DNA from: Candidatus Gottesmanbacteria bacterium
GTDB taxonomy: Bacteria; Patescibacteriota; Microgenomatia; UBA10105; UBA927
DNA length: 64,000 nt
NCBI GenBank assembly: GCA_023245335.1
Contig: JAHFKK010000001.1
Span: 555,282-619,281 of the forward strand
Direction: 5' to 3'
Shown here: positions 1 through 10,027 of the stretch, piece after piece
How the letters are laid out: every line of letters starts with the position of its first letter
Numbering within the stretch: position 1 is the first letter of the stretch
Notes under the pieces: model-generated
Told to the model about the DNA's origin: nothing
What the model saw: the letters and a program-made list of their open reading frames with translations, nothing else
Databases searched by the model: none
Position numbers and translations under genes: made by a program

Positions 1-28
1 AGTCATACGGAAAATCAGGAAGTGGACG

Positions 29-235
29 ATGCGTATAGATCGCGATTTGTGTATCGGCGCGGCGACGTGTGTGGCACTCGCTCCCAAAGCTTGGGCGCTG
101 GATGATGAGGCTAAAGCGATCATTTTAGATACGAGTGAAGAAGAGACCGATGAGATGCTTTTGGAGGCTGCCAAATCATGTCCCGTCATGGCAATTTTTA
201 TTACCGATGAAACCGGTAAACAATTATACCCCTGA
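29..235 (+). CDS. small mono-cluster ferredoxin (3Fe-4S/4Fe-4S type)
   Basis: 68-aa ORF with Cys pattern DLCIGAATC ... SCPV, typical of single-cluster bacterial ferredoxins. It lies directly upstream of the 2-oxoacid:ferredoxin oxidoreductase genes. Confidence 0.75.
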   Translation: MRIDRDLCIGAATCVALAPKAWALDDEAKAIILDTSEEETDEMLLEAAKSCPVMAIFITDETGKQLYP

Positions 236-257
236 TTTTATTTGCTCTGTCGGAATG

Positions 258-278
258 CTCCGTGTTTTAAACACGGAG
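258..278. terminator. perfect 9-bp stem hairpin (CTCCGTGTT-tta-AACACGGAG) downstream of the ferredoxin gene; no U-tract
   Basis: Inverted repeat read directly from the sequence. It sits 23 nt after the ferredoxin stop codon. Terminator or RNA-stability element, not resolved. Confidence 0.35.
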
Positions 279-376
279 ATGAACGATAGCCTGGAGCGCT
301 AGCGGAGGAGCAGTTTATTTTGCTTTGCATGATTGCCCAGTGCCACTCGACAATCTACAATAGATAGCAACTAAGT

Positions 377-2119
377 ATGAAAGATAACATCACGTGGAAA
401 ATAGCGGGAGAAGCGGGGTTTGGTATCATGTCTTCCGGTATCATGCTTGCCCGCGCATTTACCCGGGCCGGCTATCACGTATTCGCAGAAAACGACTATC
501 CATCCCTCATTCGGGGCGGACACAATATCGTTTCCGTCCGGATCGGTGCCAAACCGTTTTTGGGTATGAATCGCGATCTCCATATGTTGGTCGCGCTCAA
601 CACCGAGTCCGTCGAGAAACATAGAAACGAATTACGCGAGGGTACGTTAGTCCTTTATGATCCGAGAGACAAAGACTGGAAGGCGAGTGAATTGCCGGCG
701 GGAGTCAAGCTCATGCCGTTGCCGCTTCGGGATATAGTTACCCAACTGAATGCTGACGTCATTATGCGAAATACGATCGCGCTCGGCGCGAGCGTCGCAC
801 TACTGGGAGCTCCTTTTGAGCATTTGTCATCCGTTATCCGTGATCAGTTTATTCGGAAAGGTGCGGAGGTCGTCGATCAGAATATAAAAATAGCCCAGGC
901 GGGATTCGATTACGTCCATGAGCATTTTTCCGGTGAAACGTCAGTGGTACTTTCCCCGGGGACGTATACGGAAAAGCTCGTGGTCGTCAACGGAAGCGAA
1001 GCGGTGGGTTTAGGTGCGGTACGAGCCGGACTCAAATTTGCCGCCATATATCCCATGACGCCGATTAATGCCCTTATCACATTTCTGGCGGATCACGCCA
1101 AAGAGTTTAATATCGTTTACAAACAGCCGGAAGATGAAATTTCCGGCATCAATATGGCAATCGGCGCATCCATTTCCGGCGTTCGGAGTATGGTAGCAAC
1201 ATCCGGCGGAGGCTTTGCACTTCAGGTTGAAGGATTGTCGCTTGCCGGCATGGTGGAAGCACCTATTGTCATAGATCTTGGTATGCGGGCAGGTCCCGCG
1301 ACCGGTATGCCCACCTATACCGAGCAGGGTGAACTCCTGTTTGCGATTCACGCAGGTCACGGGGAATTTCCGAGGATTGTGCTTGCTCCGGCCGACGCAG
1401 TTGAGGCATACGCATTCACGACGCTTGCGTTTAACCTCGCCGATAGGTATCAGATCCCTGTATTTCTTCTCACGGACAAGTATCTTAACGAAAGCCAATG
1501 GTGCATTCCGGTTTCATTTCTCCAAAAGCCGGTCACTATCGACCGCGGGAAACTCCTGACCGGAGATACCGGGATGAAAGACGGGGAATTCCATCGATTT
1601 GACACAGAATCTGTCGACGGCGTATCGCCGAGGAGCGTTCCGGGGACCAAGCACGGACAGTATTATGCGAACTCGTATGAGCACGATGGAACAGGCCACG
1701 TGGCAGATGACGCAAAAGGCCGAAAAGCGATGGCAGATAAGCGTTTACGGAAGATGGCAGCGATCGTAAAAGATATTTTGCCGCCGACACAAATCGGGGA
1801 CAAAGACCCCGACATAACGTTTGTTACGTGGGGGACGACCCGCGGTCCGGTGTTGTCAGCAATGGATCTTCTGCGCGCCCAAGGCAAAAAAGTATCAGTT
1901 ATTTCATTCCCTTGGGTATTTCCGTTTCCCGCAGCTGAAGCAAAAGAATTATTGACGAAAGCGAAACGGGTTATCGACGTGGAACAGAATGCGACCGCAC
2001 AACTATCTCAACTTATCCGTACGGAAACCGGGATAGACATACAAGAACGTATCGTCAAATATGACGGAAGGTCGTTCCTGCCAGAAGAAATAGCCGAACA
2101 GGCAATGAAAGGGACATAA
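377..2119 (+). CDS. korA: 2-oxoacid:ferredoxin oxidoreductase, fused gamma-alpha subunit (KorA/PorA type)
   Basis: 580-aa protein; N-terminal gamma-like domain (GEAGFGIMSSG) followed by the alpha domain. Same length and organisation as known fused OFOR alpha subunits. The beta subunit follows with a 1-nt gap. Confidence 0.85.
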   Translation: MKDNITWKIAGEAGFGIMSSGIMLARAFTRAGYHVFAENDYPSLIRGGHNIVSVRIGAKPFLGMNRDLHMLVALNTESVEKHRNELREGTLVLYDPRDKDWKASELPAGVKLMPLPLRDIVTQLNADVIMRNTIALGASVALLGAPFEHLSSVIRDQFIRKGAEVVDQNIKIAQAGFDYVHEHFSGETSVVLSPGTYTEKLVVVNGSEAVGLGAVRAGLKFAAIYPMTPINALITFLADHAKEFNIVYKQPEDEISGINMAIGASISGVRSMVATSGGGFALQVEGLSLAGMVEAPIVIDLGMRAGPATGMPTYTEQGELLFAIHAGHGEFPRIVLAPADAVEAYAFTTLAFNLADRYQIPVFLLTDKYLNESQWCIPVSFLQKPVTIDRGKLLTGDTGMKDGEFHRFDTESVDGVSPRSVPGTKHGQYYANSYEHDGTGHVADDAKGRKAMADKRLRKMAAIVKDILPPTQIGDKDPDITFVTWGTTRGPVLSAMDLLRAQGKKVSVISFPWVFPFPAAEAKELLTKAKRVIDVEQNATAQLSQLIRTETGIDIQERIVKYDGRSFLPEEIAEQAMKGT

Positions 2120-2120
2120 T

Positions 2121-2984
2121 ATGGCGACATTGACCGCGGAAGGATACAATACGGGATTTTTACCGACGTGGTGTCCGGGATGCGGAGACTTCGGTATCTG
2201 GAAATCACTTCAGGGCGCATTTGCCAAGCTCGGCATTGGCCCGGATGACGGACTTGTCGTTTACGGCATAGGATGTCATGGCAACATGTACGACTGGATG
2301 AAAATGTACGGATTTGTCGGTCTTCATGGGAGAGCGCTCCCCGTCGCGCAAGGCGCGAAACTCGCAAACCACACCCTTCCGGTCGTTGTAGTATCGGGGG
2401 ACGGGGACTGCCTTGGTGAAGGAGGGAATCACTTTATCCACGCTGCGAAACGTAATCCGGATCTTACCGTCATTATCCACGACAATGAGGTGTATGGTTT
2501 GACGACCGGTCAGGCGTCTCCGACCGCGAAGATCGGATTCAAGACCAAGTCGACGCCGGAAGGGGCGACGGACGAACCCATCAATCCGTTGGCTCTTGCC
2601 CTTGTGTCAGGGGCGACATTTGTCGCACGTGGCTTTGCCGGCGACATGCCGGGTCTCACCGAGCTTATGGCGGCTGCCATTAGTCACAAAGGTTTTGCAG
2701 TACTCGATGTGTTACAGCCGTGCGTCACGTTTGATAAAGTACATACCTATCAATGGTACCGTCAGCGCCTTTATAAGCTGACGCAGGAATCGTATCAGCC
2801 GACCGATAGGCTGAAGGCACTGGAGAAAGCGATGGAGTGGGGCGACAAAATACCCCTAGGGATATTGTATAAGGAAGACAAGTTGACGAGTGAAGACCGC
2901 GAGCCGGCACTTACTTCGGCGCCGCTTTCGAGCTTACCTTTGGAGCCGGCCCATTGGGACGAGCTTCTGAATGAGTTTATCTAA
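2121..2984 (+). CDS. korB: 2-oxoacid:ferredoxin oxidoreductase beta subunit (TPP-binding)
   Basis: 287 aa. Contains WCPGCGDFGI and GIGCHG motifs and the GDGD thiamine-pyrophosphate-binding signature. Confidence 0.88.
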   Translation: MATLTAEGYNTGFLPTWCPGCGDFGIWKSLQGAFAKLGIGPDDGLVVYGIGCHGNMYDWMKMYGFVGLHGRALPVAQGAKLANHTLPVVVVSGDGDCLGEGGNHFIHAAKRNPDLTVIIHDNEVYGLTTGQASPTAKIGFKTKSTPEGATDEPINPLALALVSGATFVARGFAGDMPGLTELMAAAISHKGFAVLDVLQPCVTFDKVHTYQWYRQRLYKLTQESYQPTDRLKALEKAMEWGDKIPLGILYKEDKLTSEDREPALTSAPLSSLPLEPAHWDELLNEFI

Positions 2985-3000
2985 AGCGTAAAATACTCTA

Positions 3001-3028
3001 TTGACAAAGCCTTAGCACTTGATATACT
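3001..3028 (+). promoter_or_regulatory. sigma70-like promoter TTGACA-N16-TATACT upstream of lon
   Basis: TTGACA at 3001-3006 and TATACT at 3023-3028, about 55 nt upstream of the lon ATG. Confidence 0.6.
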
Positions 3029-3038
3029 AGAGTGCTAA
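3012..3038 (+). promoter_or_regulatory. CIRCE element (HrcA operator) TTAGCACTT-N9-GAGTGCTAA
   Basis: Perfect 9-nt inverted arms, ttagcactt(3012-3020) and gagtgctaa(3030-3038), separated by 9 nt. One mismatch to the consensus TTAGCACTC-N9-GAGTGCTAA. It overlaps the -10 hexamer. Confidence 0.8.
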
Positions 3039-3080
3039 ATCATGATACTAGTTCCTGTGTAGAGTGGGAATTATGACACT

Positions 3081-5510
3081 ATGAGTACATCACTTGATAA
3101 TCCGAATCAAATGCTTCCCGTCGTCCCGATACGGGACGGTATTGTATTTCCCGGCACCGAGATGATTCTTACCTTCGGCCGGCAGCGATCAGTAAGCGCC
3201 ATAGAGGCAGCTCAAACATCAGGGAAGCGCGTCGTCCTGGTCATGCAGAGAAACGCCAATATCAATGATCCGACTCCGAGCGACTTGTATCAGATCGGCA
3301 CTGTGGGGGAAATAGTCCAGATGATGCGGAATGAAGGCGAAATTAATGCGCTCGTCCGCGGAATTTCCAAAGTTGAACTCGTATCCTATGAAGCGGTCGA
3401 GCCGTTTTTCGTCGCGCGCGTCGCGGAGCTTGCGGATGTGATAGAAGATGATGAAGAGACCAAAGCATTGTTTAACCATCTCACCAACGAACTCCGTCAG
3501 GCGGTGAAACTGGGGAAAACCATGGACTTTCTGACGTTTATGAACATCATGTCCGGCATGTCACCCCAGATGCTGTCATTTCAACTCGCAGGAGTCTTGG
3601 ATACCAAACCCAGTGAACGCCAGGAACTTCTCGAACTTTCGTCAGTCAAAGCGAGATTTGAAAAAGAAGCAGCCTACCTTGCCAAAGAAGTAAAAGTGTT
3701 GGAGCTTGAGCGTAAAATCGCAACCAAAACGCAGGAAAAATTTGAAAAAAACGTCAAGGAACAAGTGTTACGGGAACGCATCAAAACTATAGAAAAAGAA
3801 TTAGGGGAAGATGACGAAAACAAGGAAATCAAGGAGCTTGCCGAAAAAATCAAAAAAGCGGGTATGCCCGAAGAGGTCCGGCTGAAGTCGGAGAAAGAAC
3901 TGCATCGGCTCGCGCAGATGTCCCAATACAATCCGGAATCTTCCTATGTCCGTACGTATTTGGATTGGCTGGTGGAGCTGCCGTGGGCGACGGCGAGTGC
4001 CAACAATGTCAACATAGCTGATGCTGAAAAGGTATTGAACGAGGATCACTACGGGCTCACGAAAATCAAAGAACGCATCATGGAATTTTTGGCGGTCATG
4101 AAGCTTAAAGGTCATAGTGATGAAGAAACGGCGGCCGCTCTCGAAAAAGAAACCAAGAAATCCGATGACGCCAAATCGACAAAGAAAATCGTTAAGTCGG
4201 GAGCCCCTACTATTTTGTGTTTTGTCGGCCCGCCGGGAGTCGGAAAGACGTCTATCGGTAAATCTATCGCGCGATCCCTCGGCCGCAAGTTTGTAAAGAT
4301 GTCTTTAGGCGGCATACGGGATGAGGCGGAGATACGCGGACACCGGCGGACCTATGTCGGTGCTATGCCCGGACGCATCATCCAGGGTATCAAGCAGGCA
4401 GGAACGAAGAATCCGGTATTTATGCTCGATGAAATCGACAAAGTCGGTGCGGATTTCCGTGGTGATCCGTCGGCTGCACTTCTTGAAGCTCTCGACCCGG
4501 AACAAAATTACGCATTTTCCGACCACTATATGGAAGTGCCGTTTGATCTATCACAGGTATTTTTTATCACGACGTGCAACGTTTTGGACACCATACCGCC
4601 GGCTCTCCGGGATCGGCTTGAGATCATCCGGTTTGCCGGGTACACCGAAGATGAAAAGTTTCATATCGCACGAGATTTCCTGTTTGAAAAACAGCGAGTA
4701 ATCCATGGCATACCGACTGATGCAGTGAAACTATCCGATAGTGCGATCCGTGAGATTATCCGCCAATACACAAGAGAAGCGGGTGTGCGGAGTCTTGAGC
4801 GCGAGATAGCAACTATATTCAGGAAAGTCGCCAAAAAAATCGCAGAGGTCGATGTCAAAACGAAGCAATCATTTGTCATCGGACCCAAAGAGCTCGCGAA
4901 ATATGTCGGCCCTTCCCGATTCAGTTCGTATCTTGCAGAGAAAAAGGATGAGGTCGGTATGTCGACAGGACTAGCCTGGACGGAAGCCGGCGGGGACATA
5001 TTATTCATCGAAGTGGCGCTCATGCCCGGTCGCGGAAATCTCATTCTCACCGGACAACTCGGGGATGTGATGAAAGAATCCGCACAAGCCGCGCTTTCCT
5101 ACGTCCGTAGCCGCTGGAAAGCATTAGGACTGCCGGAAAAGTTTTTCCAAAAAATGGATATCCATGTGCACGTGCCGGAGGGAGCAGTGCCCAAAGATGG
5201 CCCATCCGCAGGAGCAGCCATAGGAACGGCGCTTGTCTCGGCTCTCACGAAGAAACCCACCAAACGCACTGTTGCGATGACGGGAGAGATTACCTTACGC
5301 GGTCGGGTTCTTGAGATAGGCGGAATAAAAGAGAAAGTTATCGCGGCGCACCGGGCAGGGATCAAGACGGTGATCATGCCAAAAAATAATCAGAAAGACC
5401 TGGAGGATATACCGAAGGCTGTCATGACAGACGTCAAATTTTACTTTGTAGAACACATGGACGACGTCCTTAAGGTAGCTATCCCGACCCTTCGGTTCCG
5501 CTCCAAGTAA
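3081..5510 (+). CDS. lon: ATP-dependent Lon protease (La)
   Basis: 809 aa with an N-terminal LON domain, AAA+ Walker A motif GPPGVGKTS, and the C-terminal protease serine motif DGPSAGAA. Confidence 0.95.
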   Translation: MSTSLDNPNQMLPVVPIRDGIVFPGTEMILTFGRQRSVSAIEAAQTSGKRVVLVMQRNANINDPTPSDLYQIGTVGEIVQMMRNEGEINALVRGISKVELVSYEAVEPFFVARVAELADVIEDDEETKALFNHLTNELRQAVKLGKTMDFLTFMNIMSGMSPQMLSFQLAGVLDTKPSERQELLELSSVKARFEKEAAYLAKEVKVLELERKIATKTQEKFEKNVKEQVLRERIKTIEKELGEDDENKEIKELAEKIKKAGMPEEVRLKSEKELHRLAQMSQYNPESSYVRTYLDWLVELPWATASANNVNIADAEKVLNEDHYGLTKIKERIMEFLAVMKLKGHSDEETAAALEKETKKSDDAKSTKKIVKSGAPTILCFVGPPGVGKTSIGKSIARSLGRKFVKMSLGGIRDEAEIRGHRRTYVGAMPGRIIQGIKQAGTKNPVFMLDEIDKVGADFRGDPSAALLEALDPEQNYAFSDHYMEVPFDLSQVFFITTCNVLDTIPPALRDRLEIIRFAGYTEDEKFHIARDFLFEKQRVIHGIPTDAVKLSDSAIREIIRQYTREAGVRSLEREIATIFRKVAKKIAEVDVKTKQSFVIGPKELAKYVGPSRFSSYLAEKKDEVGMSTGLAWTEAGGDILFIEVALMPGRGNLILTGQLGDVMKESAQAALSYVRSRWKALGLPEKFFQKMDIHVHVPEGAVPKDGPSAGAAIGTALVSALTKKPTKRTVAMTGEITLRGRVLEIGGIKEKVIAAHRAGIKTVIMPKNNQKDLEDIPKAVMTDVKFYFVEHMDDVLKVAIPTLRFRSK

Positions 5511-5520
5511 GAAGACGCAT

Positions 5521-6453
5521 TTACGATTGCATGTAATCGTAGACCACCCGGGATATTTTTGCGATCAGCGTTTCTGATGCTGTGTCATCCGTCTCATCGT
5601 TGGTGAATACCCCGATGTAGTAGGTATGTTTGCCGTTGGTGACGATACCGACGTCATGAATTTTTCCCATCTCCGTACCTACTTTATGGTACACCGTGAC
5701 GCCCGTTGGGAGCTTGGCCGGAAGCCTGGTTTCTAAATCGGTATCTTTCAGGAACGAAAGCATTTCCAACGTCGCTGCCTGATTGGCAATTTTCCCTTCG
5801 TAGAGTTTGCGGAACAATATGGCCATATCTTTATTTGATGTTATATTATTTACCATATCGGTTTGCGTCAGCCCCCAACCCTTCGCGAGATTCTCAACGA
5901 CATCAATTCCTATGATTTCATTAGCGAGGATATACGCCGCCGTATTGTCGCTTTGTTTGATCATGAGCCTAGCAAGTGTTTTGACCGAGTATGTAGTTCC
6001 GGGTTCGTCATATCGCATCGACCCGGTGCCGTAATCTTGAATCTCATCCTGTTGGAGTGTGATGACTTTATTCATATCGAGCGTTCCGCCTTGGCTTTGG
6101 TAGTAGAGCGCGGCAAGTATCGGCACCTTGTTGACGGAGGCAGCGGTAAACGTTTCCGTTTCAGAGAGTCCCATGACGAAATCGGAATCATAATCCTCAA
6201 CATAGACTGAGTAGTCGCTCCAGGCACCATTTATCGTGTTATTGACCTTATCCGCCAGATCATCCGGATATTTTTTCTTTTGGAAGAATCCGAGGAGCGA
6301 TGGCTTCGAAACTTTTGTTTCCGGTACCGGAGAAATGACGGGCGCCCGTCTGTGATTCGCGTAGGCGTGCCATCCAAGGCCGATTGCGACAATGAGAATC
6401 AACAAAACAATCAGTCTTCCCATCCGTTTACGCCTGTCACCGCGGTCTATCAT
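5521..6453 (-). CDS. membrane-anchored class A beta-lactamase-fold serine hydrolase (PBP/beta-lactamase-like)
   Basis: 310 aa with an N-terminal TM helix. Contains SxxK (SVNK), SDN and KVG(T) motifs in the order expected for class A beta-lactamase or DD-peptidase folds. Confidence 0.65.
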   Translation of the reverse strand: MIDRGDRRKRMGRLIVLLILIVAIGLGWHAYANHRRAPVISPVPETKVSKPSLLGFFQKKKYPDDLADKVNNTINGAWSDYSVYVEDYDSDFVMGLSETETFTAASVNKVPILAALYYQSQGGTLDMNKVITLQQDEIQDYGTGSMRYDEPGTTYSVKTLARLMIKQSDNTAAYILANEIIGIDVVENLAKGWGLTQTDMVNNITSNKDMAILFRKLYEGKIANQAATLEMLSFLKDTDLETRLPAKLPTGVTVYHKVGTEMGKIHDVGIVTNGKHTYYIGVFTNDETDDTASETLIAKISRVVYDYMQS

Positions 6454-6528
6454 GCAAGAATTGTACCATACGTTTTGTGATTTACAGCTGAATGAAACGA
6501 TCGTCCGTATTTAGTATAGAATAGATGT

Positions 6529-6870
6529 ATGGAGCCTATGTGTCCCGTATGCCATGTTGCCGTACGTCCGGCCGATTTTTTTTGCTATAACTGCGGTAAG
6601 AATCTTCATGAAAAACCCCTCGTTACGACAAAGTTCACGGAATATCTCTATTATGCGGGGAGTTTCCTCCTGCCGCCCCTGGGTTTGTGGTGGGGATTCA
6701 GATATTTGAAACAAGCAGATGCTCGGTCACGGATGATCGGCTGGATCTGCGTCATTCTCACCATCGTTTCTTCCGTCGTCGTTACCGTTTGGTCCGTGCA
6801 CTTGTTTCAGGGAATTACTGCCCAGGTAAACGAGCAATTGCAGGGGGTAGGGGGAGCAGGAGGGTTTTAA
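6529..6870 (+). CDS. zinc-ribbon (CxxC...CxxC) membrane protein, function unknown
   Basis: N-terminal CPVC...CYNC motif followed by two predicted TM helices. Confidence 0.45.
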   Translation: MEPMCPVCHVAVRPADFFCYNCGKNLHEKPLVTTKFTEYLYYAGSFLLPPLGLWWGFRYLKQADARSRMIGWICVILTIVSSVVVTVWSVHLFQGITAQVNEQLQGVGGAGGF

Positions 6871-6992
6871 GCGTGTTTCGTTTGTCGTCAGACGAATGCA
6901 ACTGGTAAATTGAGGCCGGATGCGGTATACTTAGAGTCATTAATAGACAACCTCACCATATCAATCTTCCTCCTACAAATCAACGAGAAATA

Positions 6993-7280
6993 GTGCTGGA
7001 CATGGCTGGCAATCTCAAGCAAATCGGTGATTGGACACTCAAAGGGTTTCATGAGAGGCAGGAGAATATCGCGCTTTTCCTCAAATTGACCCGTAAAGAC
7101 CTGAATCAACTCCTGCGGTTTCCGTTGCCTCGGGCGTTTGAGCCGAAGTTCAAAAAATTCTGTACGACGTACGGGAAATTGGAAGAAGAGTATAAGAAAG
7201 GCATCGTGGATCACAGGGTGTGGGCGAGTAGTATGCAGTCCTGCGCTCAGGACCTCACCAGAGAAGCTCCATTGGTGTAG
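6993..7280 (+). CDS. hypothetical small protein
   Basis: 95-aa ORF with a balanced charged composition. It overlaps an antisense ORF (6888..7214), and only one of the two is likely real. Confidence 0.25.
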   Translation: MLDMAGNLKQIGDWTLKGFHERQENIALFLKLTRKDLNQLLRFPLPRAFEPKFKKFCTTYGKLEEEYKKGIVDHRVWASSMQSCAQDLTREAPLV

Positions 7281-7485
7281 ATATCCTCTAGTAATTTGCT
7301 ATCCGGAAGCCGTTCTGTTATACTCTTTTTAGTGCATGTGTATTGAAACAATACATCTGCTTATTTAGGATCATGTTGAGAAGTGTTTGAGAAAAAACGC
7401 CCCAAGTTAATTCTTTCTATTTGCGTCTTTTCCCCTTTTCAGTTTTTCACTCATAAGCAGTTTTATTGTTTCAATTTGTATTCCT

Positions 7486-8670
7486 ATGTATCAGCAACAC
7501 CAACGATCATTTAAAAAGCGCGGACAATCGGTCCGTCCGATCAAATCGATGTCCAAGAACGAACTTTTGGCAGCGGTTGCCCGGAGTCATGAGACGACGA
7601 CTGTCGCACTACAGAACGAACCGGTGGCCGTGATTCATGCGTTTGCCGACTTTTTGCTGGACCCGCAACTCATGGATAACATTCGGTCAAAGGGGTTTAC
7701 TACGCCGACGCCCATCCAGGATGAGACAATACCGGCCATCCTTGCCGGACACGATGTGATCGGAACCGCAAATACGGGAACTGGCAAAACAGCAGCATTC
7801 CTCATACCGTTGCTCCAAAAGGTGGCCCATGATCGGAATCAGCGTATCCTCGTCATCGCACCGACGCGTGAACTTGCCGTACAGATACATAACGAGTTCC
7901 GTGATTTCGCACGTGGTTTATCACTACGGAGCGCCATGCTTATAGGAGGCGCGAATGAGTGGCGGCAGCGGCAGGATCTTCGGGCTGACCCGCATATGGT
8001 GGTTGCTACCCCGGGGAGGCTTAAGGATTTCATTCAGGCACGGTACGTCCGGCTCTCGGGATTTCGTAACGTCGTACTGGATGAAGCGGATCGCATGGTG
8101 GACATCGGGTTTATCAATGACATCAAATACTTCATTTCGTTGCTCCCGAAAGAACGTCAGTCCCTGTTTTTCTCTGCGACGATATCAGGTAAGGTCAGTG
8201 AGATACTCACGGATTTCGTCACCAACCCCGTCCGCATATCAGTGAAAACGGTAGATATCGCAGCGACGATACGTCAGGAAGTTGTTCATGTACCCCATAA
8301 GGAGGATAAGGTAGATATCCTTCACGACCTTCTCATTCAAAAGGAATATGAAAAAGTACTTATTTTTGGGCGTACCAAATGGGGGGTCCAGCGCTTGTCA
8401 GACGAACTTGAGAAGCGAGGATTTCGATCAGGAGCAATACACGGCAATAAACGCCAGAATCAGCGCCAACAGGTGTTACAGCAGTTTATACGCAGTGATA
8501 TCCAGATACTTCTGGCAACCGATGTCGCAAGCCGGGGCCTGGATATACCAGACGTCTCCCACGTTATTAACTATGACTTACCGGAAACACTTGATGACTA
8601 TATTCACCGCATTGGACGCACCGGGCGGGCCAATAAACGCGGGATAGCGCTTACGTTTGTTGAGGGATAA
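7486..8670 (+). CDS. DEAD-box ATP-dependent RNA helicase
   Basis: Q-motif region TPTPIQ, Walker A GTANTGTGKT, DEAD motif VLDEADRM, SAT motif, and HRIGRTGR. Confidence 0.92.
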   Translation: MYQQHQRSFKKRGQSVRPIKSMSKNELLAAVARSHETTTVALQNEPVAVIHAFADFLLDPQLMDNIRSKGFTTPTPIQDETIPAILAGHDVIGTANTGTGKTAAFLIPLLQKVAHDRNQRILVIAPTRELAVQIHNEFRDFARGLSLRSAMLIGGANEWRQRQDLRADPHMVVATPGRLKDFIQARYVRLSGFRNVVLDEADRMVDIGFINDIKYFISLLPKERQSLFFSATISGKVSEILTDFVTNPVRISVKTVDIAATIRQEVVHVPHKEDKVDILHDLLIQKEYEKVLIFGRTKWGVQRLSDELEKRGFRSGAIHGNKRQNQRQQVLQQFIRSDIQILLATDVASRGLDIPDVSHVINYDLPETLDDYIHRIGRTGRANKRGIALTFVEG

Positions 8671-8682
8671 ACTAAAATATTC

Positions 8683-9561
8683 TTAATGCTCGTGAGTAAA
8701 TTTCACTACGCTGATATCGAACCACGTACGCCCTATATTTTTCTTTAATAACTGTCCGTGCATCGGAGCTTTCCCTATAATGTCTGTGGTCCACTCCCAA
8801 GGCATCAGATAATAGGCAGTACCTCTCGGTTTTAAGATCCGTCGTACTTCATGCAAACTCCCCATCATTAAACCCATAGGATCTGCAACCTTTGTCAGTA
8901 CTCCGAACGGAGGATCTGCAATGACGGTGTCAATGGAGCCATTATCAAGCGGAATTCTGGAACCGTCGGCCGCCAAATATTCCGGTATCGGATTATATAT
9001 GCCTGGCCTGTCATGATAATATGGGTTATTTCTATTGAGTAATTCAATAAATCGGATTTGCCATGTCGAAGCTTCAAGGTGAGGATATATCCTGTACGGG
9101 GGCCAAATGGGGTTATATGCGTTATCCAACATCAGCATCTGTTTAGGAAAAACATCTCCGCTTAAACCACCAGTGGCCACCGAAAATCCTACCGCTCCGT
9201 GACCTGAGAAGAGGTCCAATACTTTTTTCCCTTCTATTTCCTCTCTGGGGATTCTACTCAAATATCTTTTCAGCACATAATATGGCATTGCATGATGCTC
9301 GATGTCGCGATTTAATTTCTCGCTTCCTTTTGTTTGTGGACCATACCATAACACTTCCCGGTTTTTTACAATAAGTGGTATCAATAGTTGTCTTTTCCTT
9401 CGTATCAAGGCGTCTGTATGTCCTATCATTTGATTCGCCCCGGAAAGAATCTCGTATCTGGCAATGTCAAAGCTACGTTCGACCTTTGAATGGGCTTTTA
9501 GGAGTGAATATTCTATGGGGCTTCTTTTATGTATTTCTACCATGTGCGTGGAAATTATCAC
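8683..9561 (-). CDS. SAM-dependent methyltransferase with DPPF catalytic motif (N6-adenine/N4-cytosine DNA MTase-like or RsmD/PrmC-like)
   Basis: Motif I VLDLFSGHGAVG and motif IV ADPPFG. No adjacent restriction endonuclease gene. Confidence 0.6.
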   Translation of the reverse strand: MIISTHMVEIHKRSPIEYSLLKAHSKVERSFDIARYEILSGANQMIGHTDALIRRKRQLLIPLIVKNREVLWYGPQTKGSEKLNRDIEHHAMPYYVLKRYLSRIPREEIEGKKVLDLFSGHGAVGFSVATGGLSGDVFPKQMLMLDNAYNPIWPPYRIYPHLEASTWQIRFIELLNRNNPYYHDRPGIYNPIPEYLAADGSRIPLDNGSIDTVIADPPFGVLTKVADPMGLMMGSLHEVRRILKPRGTAYYLMPWEWTTDIIGKAPMHGQLLKKNIGRTWFDISVVKFTHEH

Positions 9562-9680
9562 ATATTATGTCAAAAGACAATTATAGGCTGGAACATATTT
9601 GTGAGATGGAAAAGAAGTAGTGTATATATATCGCGACATTGGACCGTTAGGTCGGGGAGTAGACGTCATCTTTTAATCAA

Positions 9681-9710
9681 AAAAGCCCCGCGTGTGCGGG
9701 GCTTTTTTGT
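9681..9710 (-). terminator. rho-independent terminator (GCCCCGC-gtgt-GCGGGGC flanked by A5/T6), bidirectional in form, downstream of csp
   Basis: GC-rich 7-bp stem with a 4-nt loop and T/A tracts on both sides. It lies 30 nt past the csp stop codon. Confidence 0.8.
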
Positions 9711-9739
9711 GTTTATATAACAAGAGTCAAACTCAAGCG

Positions 9740-9940
9740 TTAGACGCTTCGTTTTACATTCTTTGCGCTCGGGCCTTTAGGTCCGTCAACCACATCAAAT
9801 GTCACGACTTCGCCAACTTGAAGCTCATCAAACGTGACGCCGACCAAGTCTTTCGAATGAAAAAATAGGTCTTTGGATTCGCCTTCACGTGTTATGAAGC
9901 CAAAACCCCTGTCTGTTTTCGTTTTGATTGTTCCTTTCAT
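9740..9940 (-). CDS. cspA: cold-shock protein (CspA family, S1-like cold-shock domain)
   Basis: 66 aa; RNP1-like GFGFI and RNP2-like motifs; typical Csp length. Confidence 0.92.
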   Translation of the reverse strand: MKGTIKTKTDRGFGFITREGESKDLFFHSKDLVGVTFDELQVGEVVTFDVVDGPKGPSAKNVKRSV

Positions 9941-10027
9941 ACTAGTGTGTCTCCTTTCAGTTTCTAGAGTATAACACGTTCGGGGTACGATTGTCGGATA
10001 GGTTTGGGATATAGGGGATAGTTGAGG

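Noticed and set aside
5523-5542. Hairpin ACGATT-gcatgta-AATCGT between convergent lon and the beta-lactamase-fold gene
   Set aside because: It lies within the last codons of the minus-strand gene and lacks a U-tract. It may assist bidirectional termination but is too weak to call.
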